From Candidatus Altarchaeum sp. (GTDB lineage: Archaea; Altiarchaeota; Altiarchaeia; Altiarchaeales; Altiarchaeaceae), in the NCBI GenBank assembly GCA_018260615.1, contig JAGWDQ010000140.1:1-18692 (forward strand): a stretch of 18,692 nt of DNA. Direction: 5' to 3'. The notes beneath the pieces were generated by a model. It saw only the letters and a program-made list of their open reading frames with translations, did no database searches and was not told the DNA's origin. Below, piece after piece: positions 1 to 5,717 of the stretch. Every line of letters starts with the position of its first letter. Within the stretch, counting starts at the first letter, position 1. Both the position numbers and the translations under genes were made by a program.

Positions 1-162
1 TCCACGAAATCATTTTTTAGAGAGTTTGCCGGTAACGAAATTTTGGAATGGGCTGAATCGCATAAAATGATTCTTAAAAAAATCAGAAGAATACTCACAC
101 AAAGCCACAAAGTCACCAGGTTACAGAATATAACTCCTTTGTGTCTCTGTGTCTTGGTGTGA
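1..162 (+). CDS. Possible 3' end of an upstream gene (partial, unknown product); frame runs through repeat copy A
   Basis: Frame 1 is open from base 1 to TGA at 160-162 (STKSFFREFAGNEILEWAESHKMILKKIRRILTQSHKVTRLQNITPLCLCVLV*). No start in the window and no recognisable motif. Confidence 0.35.
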   Translation, partial: STKSFFREFAGNEILEWAESHKMILKKIRRILTQSHKVTRLQNITPLCLCVLV

Positions 163-204
163 GGGACCAAAAATAAAACGAACTTTCCTGTACGATAAAA
201 AATA
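94..204 (+). repeat. Dispersed palindromic repeat, copy A
   Basis: Arms 94-120 (ctcacacaaagccacaaagtcaccagg) and 136-163 (cctttgtgtctctgtgtcttggtgtgag) form an imperfect inverted repeat. The tail AACGAACTTTCCTGTACGATAAAAA at 177-201 is identical in copies B and C. Confidence 0.9.
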
Positions 205-258
205 AATTTTTCCTCAATTTATTTGGCACTCAACCACTCACAATTAAGCAATATTTTT

Positions 259-1287
259 TTATTTTTTTGAATTAAGCAATTTTTTAACTTCACGGTCAAA
301 GTCGGAAACATAATTTTTGTCCTGTATTACCCTATATTTTTCATATTCGCTTTCCGCTAATGCCACCGCAAAATCATGACTGATAATACCGCTCTTTTGT
401 AAAATTTCTTTTTCGTTGAATTGCAAAAAGGCGTCCAGTTTTTCTACCCAGCTCTCCATATACATCACCACTCCTTTTTGCGCCTGCATCTCGGCATAAT
501 CAAGATACATCGTCACAATCCGATTAAGTCCATCTAACTCTTTTTCATCAAGATAATTTTTAGCTATACAGACATCAGTTTTACGGATTGCTCCTTTTGG
601 CGCGTTTTTCCATGTAGTTAAGCCCATATTTGGTTTTTCACTGCCGACTCTTTGATAAATAATTTCCGCCGCGGTTTGTCCGGAGATTGCGAAGTGAAGT
701 TTGTTTTGCACGGTAGCAAAAAATTGCTTTGTGATTTCCGTATTGGGATCATAGTCAGCACTGCACTGGGCGTAAATATCTGTGATTTTCTGATAGAATC
801 TGCGTTCGCTGGAACGAATGTCTCTGATTCGTGCCAGTTGTTCTTCAAAATAATCTTGACTGAAAATGTTATTGGGATTTTTGAGCCGCTCATCATCCAT
901 GGCAAATCCCTTGATAATATATTCTTTAAGCACCTGGGTCGCCCAAATACGGAAATGCGTCGCTTGAGTAGAATTAACCCGGTAACCAACGGAAATAATA
1001 GTATCAAGATTATAAAACTTGGTTTTATATGTTTTTCCATCATCGGCAGTATGTTCCAAAATGGAACTAACTGAATCTTCCTGTAACTCTCCGCTTTCGA
1101 AGATGTTTTTGAGATGTTTAGTAATAGCAGGTCTTTGCACTCCAAACAACAGAGCAATTTTATCCTGGGTAAGCCACAAATTTTCATCGCGCAAAAATAT
1201 CTCTACTTTCACATTGCCGTTTGGCGTAGTATATAGCAAAAACTCGGTAAATGTATTCTGTTTGACAATTTGTTTGTTCTTTTTCAT
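259..1287 (-). CDS. Virulence RhuM family protein (putative DNA-binding); likely start at Met10 (1287), ORF extends to 1314
   Basis: Motifs typical of the RhuM family: LWLTQDKIALLFGV..AITKHLKNIFESGEL, YNLDTIISVGYRVNS..ATHFRIWAT, FEEQLARIRDIRSSERRFYQKI, QNKLHFAI, AKNYLDEKEL. Confidence 0.88.
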   Translation of the reverse strand: MKKNKQIVKQNTFTEFLLYTTPNGNVKVEIFLRDENLWLTQDKIALLFGVQRPAITKHLKNIFESGELQEDSVSSILEHTADDGKTYKTKFYNLDTIISVGYRVNSTQATHFRIWATQVLKEYIIKGFAMDDERLKNPNNIFSQDYFEEQLARIRDIRSSERRFYQKITDIYAQCSADYDPNTEITKQFFATVQNKLHFAISGQTAAEIIYQRVGSEKPNMGLTTWKNAPKGAIRKTDVCIAKNYLDEKELDGLNRIVTMYLDYAEMQAQKGVVMYMESWVEKLDAFLQFNEKEILQKSGIISHDFAVALAESEYEKYRVIQDKNYVSDFDREVKKLLNSKK

Positions 1288-1530
1288 GGTTTTATAGGTT
1301 AATATAGGTAGCACATATTTTTGATATATTCACACATCCAAAATTTAGCCCAAAAAATTTCATTTTATGAACAAATAGCATTAACAATTTGTTATTTTTA
1401 AATATATCAAATTGAATTTCTATCAAATTAAATCTGCCTTTTATCAGATTAAATTTCACAACAATGCATATTTTATGTCTCCGTTAAAATTTAAAAATTA
1501 GGCCTTGGCTCAACTCCAATACTGCTAAAT

Positions 1531-1914
1531 TCACCCGAAATCAATCCTGCTTTTATGCTTTAAGGTTATCGTTCCCACATCTCTTTCTTTTAATTTTCGT
1601 TTCAGGTCCTTGTCATCCGTGCAGACAATGAATGAACTATCTGTTGCCAGGTCCAAAATTTCCTCATCAACTGTTCTGTAATTTTTAGCACTATTGCCAG
1701 CATAAATAGTATATTTGTCCTTAAATTGTTCCAAAATTTTAAGTGCAATATTTGCCGCATTCCTGTCCTTATGTATTCGCTCTAATTCCCTGAATGTCCC
1801 GTCTATAATGATAAATTCACAACCCGGAACCAAAAGCGGAATTTCATAAAATATGTCAATGCGGAATTTTTCCGGAATCAGCAAAAAATTTGTATCAATT
1901 ATTACTTTTTTCAT
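1531..1914 (-). CDS. PIN-domain ribonuclease, Fcf1/Utp24-like archaeal rRNA-processing family
   Basis: N-terminal VIIDTNFLL, IDGTFREL, VDEEIL and VCTDDKDLKRKLK acidic PIN motifs; 127 aa. Confidence 0.82.
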   Translation of the reverse strand: MKKVIIDTNFLLIPEKFRIDIFYEIPLLVPGCEFIIIDGTFRELERIHKDRNAANIALKILEQFKDKYTIYAGNSAKNYRTVDEEILDLATDSSFIVCTDDKDLKRKLKERDVGTITLKHKSRIDFG

Positions 1915-1939
1915 TATGTTATATTTTTATTGATTGTCT

Positions 1940-3433
1940 TTAAATTTTACTCTCCAATATTAAATTTAATCCGTTCAAAAATGCCTCAACACTCGCGAGC
2001 ACAATATCAGTTCCGACACCTCTTGCGCTGATTGTTTTTCCTTTACTTCTTAACTTTATCTCAACCTGAACGCCTGCGCTGCTTCCTCCTGAAATCGCAT
2101 CAACATGATAGTCCAAAAATTCAAAAGGGATATCTTTGCAAATATTTTGTATCGCATTTATTGCAGCATCAACCGGGCCGTTCCCGATGCTTATTGCTCT
2201 CTTTTCTTCTCCGTTTACCAATAATGTTACAGATGCCATTGGCTGTGTTACATATCCGGAAAAAGCCGTGATACCTTTTAAAATTATTTCTCTTTTTTCA
2301 GATAAATTTAGCATAGTATTTGCCACCTGCCTGACATCAAAATTTGTAAGTCGCGTTCCTTTATCCGCTATGAATTGCAGTTTTTTAAAAATTTCGGTAA
2401 ATTGCTCGCCATTTGCTTTTATATTCATCTCGTTTAACACATTCTCTAATGTTTTCTTTCCCATCAGTTTGCCAAGAACGAATTTTCTCTCGGCATTGAA
2501 GATTTCCGGATTTATTGCTTCATAAGTTGCGGGATTTTTCAGGATACCATCAACATGAATTCCGGCACCGTGCGTAAAGGCATTCTCACCGACGATCGCT
2601 TTGTTCCGTGCTATTCCTATTCCTGTAATCTTTTCAATATGTTTTGACAGTCCTAAAATTTTTTTGAAGTCAATATTGACATCATAATTATAAAGAAATT
2701 TCAGTGCTGCTGCGACCTCTTCAAGCGGTGCATTTCCCGCTCTTTCACCTAATCCGTTAACCGTAACATCGGCAACATCTGCTCCGTTCTTTATGGCAGT
2801 GACTGTGTTTGCCGTCGCCAGTCCGAAATCATCATGACAATGAACGCCAAGTAAAATTTTGGACTTTGCAATTGGATTTAATGCGCCAAAAATTTCCGAG
2901 ATTTTTTCCTGTGTTGCTATTCCTATTGTGTCCGCAACTGTAAGCCGCTCAACCTTTAATTCAACTGCCAAATTTAAAATTTCTTTGAGAAAATCAATGC
3001 CGGTTCTGGTTCCGTCCTCACAGCATAAGTCAACAATTAATCCGTTATTTTTGCAGAATTCAACACATTCTGTAATTGAGTCCGTGACCTTTTCTCTCGT
3101 TGTGTTTAATTTATCTTTTATATGAATGTCTGATGTCGGAGCAACCAGAAAGACGCCGTCAACGCCGCAGTTCAGTGCATAAGTTATATCCTCCTTTTTT
3201 ATTCTCGCAAAACTTAAAAGCCGGGCGTTTAAATTTCCCTTCTTCTTCTCGTCGCAAATTTTTTTGATTGCCTCTCTTTCGCCTTCGCTTGCTATCGCAC
3301 TTCCGATTTCCATAAAATCAACTCCGACTTCATCTATTGCTTTTGCTATTTCAACCTTATCTTCCGGCTTCAGCACAATTCCGGGTGTTTGTTCGCCGTC
3401 CCGTAGCGTTGTGTCCAAAAATTTTGGTTTCAT
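1940..3433 (-). CDS. cimA: (R)-citramalate synthase / LeuA-family (2-isopropylmalate synthase-like) enzyme with C-terminal regulatory domain
   Basis: DTTLRDGEQTPG, HCHDDFGLATAN, GLGERAGNAPLEE, NKAIVGENAF, GIHVDGILK and GNGPVDAA. GSAIASEGEREAIK resembles archaeal CimA; LeuA is not excluded. Confidence 0.75.
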   Translation of the reverse strand: MKPKFLDTTLRDGEQTPGIVLKPEDKVEIAKAIDEVGVDFMEIGSAIASEGEREAIKKICDEKKKGNLNARLLSFARIKKEDITYALNCGVDGVFLVAPTSDIHIKDKLNTTREKVTDSITECVEFCKNNGLIVDLCCEDGTRTGIDFLKEILNLAVELKVERLTVADTIGIATQEKISEIFGALNPIAKSKILLGVHCHDDFGLATANTVTAIKNGADVADVTVNGLGERAGNAPLEEVAAALKFLYNYDVNIDFKKILGLSKHIEKITGIGIARNKAIVGENAFTHGAGIHVDGILKNPATYEAINPEIFNAERKFVLGKLMGKKTLENVLNEMNIKANGEQFTEIFKKLQFIADKGTRLTNFDVRQVANTMLNLSEKREIILKGITAFSGYVTQPMASVTLLVNGEEKRAISIGNGPVDAAINAIQNICKDIPFEFLDYHVDAISGGSSAGVQVEIKLRSKGKTISARGVGTDIVLASVEAFLNGLNLILESKI

Positions 3434-3503
3434 TTGAATGGTTTTATTTGAAATTTCAAATATAAATTTGATAAATTTAAATTATGTTTAACTTTTAAAA
3501 TAT

Positions 3504-3610
3504 TCACACAAAGACACAAAGCCACGAGGCATAATCCCTTTGTGGCTCTGTGTCTCGGTGTTAGAGACCAGTGAAAAAAATAAAGAACGAACTTTCCTGT
3601 ACGATAAAAA
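3504..3610 (+). repeat. Dispersed palindromic repeat, copy B
   Basis: Arms 3504-3529 (tcacacaaagacacaaagccacgagg) and 3537-3564 (cctttgtggctctgtgtctcggtgttag); invariant 25-bp tail at 3586-3610. Confidence 0.9.
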
Positions 3611-3617
3611 TTAAAAT

Positions 3618-3809
3618 TTACTCTCTTAATTCCCTGACCAATTCTACCGACGATTTTTTAAATTTTCCTTTCATAATGCCTTTTAATGTTTCCCTTTCGT
3701 GCTGCATTATCAAAATAATATCTCCTGTTTGTATTACCTCTGCTTTTTTAGACCATGTTTTTATTTCCTCAGGAAGTATTATTTCCCTGCCACAGATTAC
3801 CGCTTCCAT
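3618..3809 (-). CDS. Small AbrB/SpoVT-like, VapB-type antitoxin-like protein
   Basis: 63 aa. GREIILPEEI resembles the AbrB G-x-I-x-LP motif. C-terminal KSSVELVRELRE resembles archaeal VapB tails. Confidence 0.5.
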   Translation of the reverse strand: MEAVICGREIILPEEIKTWSKKAEVIQTGDIILIMQHERETLKGIMKGKFKKSSVELVRELRE

Positions 3810-3874
3810 TTTTCCTGTTTATTTTATTATTACTTTATTAAAATTGAAATTAATTAAATTGATATTTTAATTTA

Positions 3875-4063
3875 CTATTCACTTATCAAAGCAAGGTCAT
3901 GCTCTATCCTTAACCTCACAGCATTGTTTACTTTTTTACCTAATTCTATGCAGTCATCATCAGTCAATTCGCTGTGTTCAAAAAGTTGAGCAAACATCTC
4001 AATCAACATACGTTTTCTGTATTCTTCAACTATTGACTTCTCAGCTATTTTTGTCCGCGCCAT
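3875..4063 (-). CDS. Small acidic protein resembling the C-terminal part of archaeal antitoxins
   Basis: 62 aa, ATG start, co-oriented with its neighbour. SELTDDDCIELGKKVN resembles the SKLTEEDAxELGxKV tails of archaeal antitoxin-like proteins. Confidence 0.5.
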   Translation of the reverse strand: MARTKIAEKSIVEEYRKRMLIEMFAQLFEHSELTDDDCIELGKKVNNAVRLRIEHDLALISE

Positions 4064-4144
4064 ATCCTGAAGTTAATAAATTTATCACAATAAAAATTTA
4101 ACATACTAAATGAAATTTTCATAATATTAAAATAATAAACAAAG

Positions 4145-4843
4145 GTGCTAAATAAAAGTAAAAAGGTGATTACCTGTGGAATAGACGAAGCAGGGCGGGG
4201 ACCGGTTATAGGTCCGATGGTCATAGCATGCTGCTGCTTTGATGAAGATGGAATTGCAAAATTGAAAGAACTAAATGTCAAGGACTCAAAGCAGATAACT
4301 CCGAAAAAAAGGGAATTTCTTGAAGAAAAGATAAAGAAAATAACATTAAAATACATAATTAAAAAAATTTCCCCGGTTGAAATTGACGAGACGAGAAAGA
4401 TAATTTCCCTTAACGATATTGAAGCAAAGGAAATTTCAGAAATGCTTTTGGAGTTAAACAAAACAACAGAAATTATGCCCTCGGTTATTTATATTGATTC
4501 CCCCGAGAACATACAGGAAAATTTTACAAAAAAGATATTGAAATTTAGCCCGACAAAAATTTCAGTCAATATAATTTCCGAGCATTTTGCAGACAGCAAA
4601 TATATTGAGGTTTCGGCTGCCTCAATATTGGCTAAGGTTGAAAGGGACAGAGAAATTGAAAATTTAAAGAAAATTTATGGTGATTTTGGTTCGGGTTACC
4701 CTTCCGATACGAAAACAGTTGAATTCTTAAAAAAAAATGAATCAAAAATTCCAAGAGAAATAATAAGGAAATCGTGGAATGTGAAATTTAAGGAAGAAAA
4801 AAAGGAAGATAAAAAAGAAGATAAGCAGGCAAAACTGTTTTAA
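4145..4843 (+). CDS. rnhB: Ribonuclease HII
   Basis: CGIDEAGRGPVIGPMV, VKDSKQIT, EHFADSKY..VSAASILAKVERD, DFGSGYPSD; GTG start. Confidence 0.97.
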   Translation: MLNKSKKVITCGIDEAGRGPVIGPMVIACCCFDEDGIAKLKELNVKDSKQITPKKREFLEEKIKKITLKYIIKKISPVEIDETRKIISLNDIEAKEISEMLLELNKTTEIMPSVIYIDSPENIQENFTKKILKFSPTKISVNIISEHFADSKYIEVSAASILAKVERDREIENLKKIYGDFGSGYPSDTKTVEFLKKNESKIPREIIRKSWNVKFKEEKKEDKKEDKQAKLF

Positions 4844-4844
4844 T

Positions 4845-5378
4845 CTAATCCTTTAATAAAAATCCCTTTATTTCGCTGTAAATTGGTCCTTCTTTTCTTA
4901 ACTCGCTTTTCATTAAAGATACCTTTTCTGCTGTGAATTCCAGGAATTCAAAGTCATTGTATTTTTCAATAAATGCCTTTAATGATTCCCTGTTGTTCAC
5001 ATATTTTATTCTTGCAATGGTTAAATGCGGAACAAAGTCCTTTTCGGGAGGAAATGAAAATTTTAAAGCATCATCGACCCTTTTCTGTAATTCGCAAATT
5101 TCTTTATTTCCTTCTGCAACACCGAGCCATAAAACCCTGACATAATTTTCATTCGGAAATGCACTTACTCCTTTCAGGGAAATTTTAAATTTTTTCCCGT
5201 TTTCTATGAAATTTAATGCGGCAGAAATTTCTTCCGCATCTTTCGGAGTGATTTCACCTAAAAATTTTAAAGTCAGGTGGATGTTTTTATTATCAACTGC
5301 CTTGAACTTAATTCCTTTTAGTTTGCTAAAATCAATTGAAATATTTGCCGGAGAATTTATTGAGATAAATGCTCTCAT
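4845..5378 (-). CDS. thpR: RNA 2',3'-cyclic phosphodiesterase (2'-5' RNA ligase, 2H family)
   Basis: MRAFISI start, two HxT motifs (HLTLKFLG, PHLTIAR), RVLWLG, and C-terminal LMKSEL..GPIY. Confidence 0.93.
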   Translation of the reverse strand: MRAFISINSPANISIDFSKLKGIKFKAVDNKNIHLTLKFLGEITPKDAEEISAALNFIENGKKFKISLKGVSAFPNENYVRVLWLGVAEGNKEICELQKRVDDALKFSFPPEKDFVPHLTIARIKYVNNRESLKAFIEKYNDFEFLEFTAEKVSLMKSELRKEGPIYSEIKGFLLKD

Positions 5379-5400
5379 TTAGGAAAATTTTAACGATAAA

Positions 5401-5574
5401 TTAAACCAAAGAAGGGATTTTAAGAACCTCTTTTATTTTATTAATTTCTATCTCCATTCTTTCATACCTTGCCTTTAAATCCTCAATCTCGCTAAGCACA
5501 CCACGTGTGTATCTCGTATCCCGCTTCGCATCTTTCTTTTCTATTTTGATAAAATTTAAAATAATAATTACAGG
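5401..5574 (-). pseudogene. Unannotated open frame, coiled-coil-like gene fragment or small ORF without a standard upstream start
   Basis: Manual translation gives PVIIILNFIKIEKKDAKRDTRYTRGVLSEIEDLKARYERMEIEINKIKEVLKIPSLV*. In-frame GTG and ATG occur only internally. Confidence 0.35.
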
Positions 5575-5628
5575 TTAATGTAATTAACTTGTTGCTTTTA
5601 AGAAATAAATTATCAGAAATTTATATAT

Positions 5629-5689
5629 AAAAAATTAAAAAAGAAAAAAAATAGAAAAAGAAAAAAAGGAAAAAAATAAATTTTTCCCC
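5629..5689 (-). terminator. Putative intrinsic terminator of the S-layer/hamus-like gene
   Basis: On the minus strand a 7-bp stem GGAAAAA/TTTTTCC (5668-5687) is followed by a pyrimidine/U tract of about 40 nt, starting about 30 bp after the stop codon. Confidence 0.65.
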
Positions 5690-5717
5690 ATCACAATGCT
5701 TTTAGTCCTTTATGTGC

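Noticed and set aside
1489-1540. Possible frameshifted extension of the PIN C-terminus (GEFSSIGVEPRPNF*)
   Set aside because: The called 127-aa protein is already full length for the family; no slippery site or other support.
1531-4063. PIN gene as the VapC toxin partner of the antitoxin-like genes
   Set aside because: The sequence fits the conserved Fcf1-like housekeeping PIN family, and it is separated from them by cimA (about 1.7 kb).
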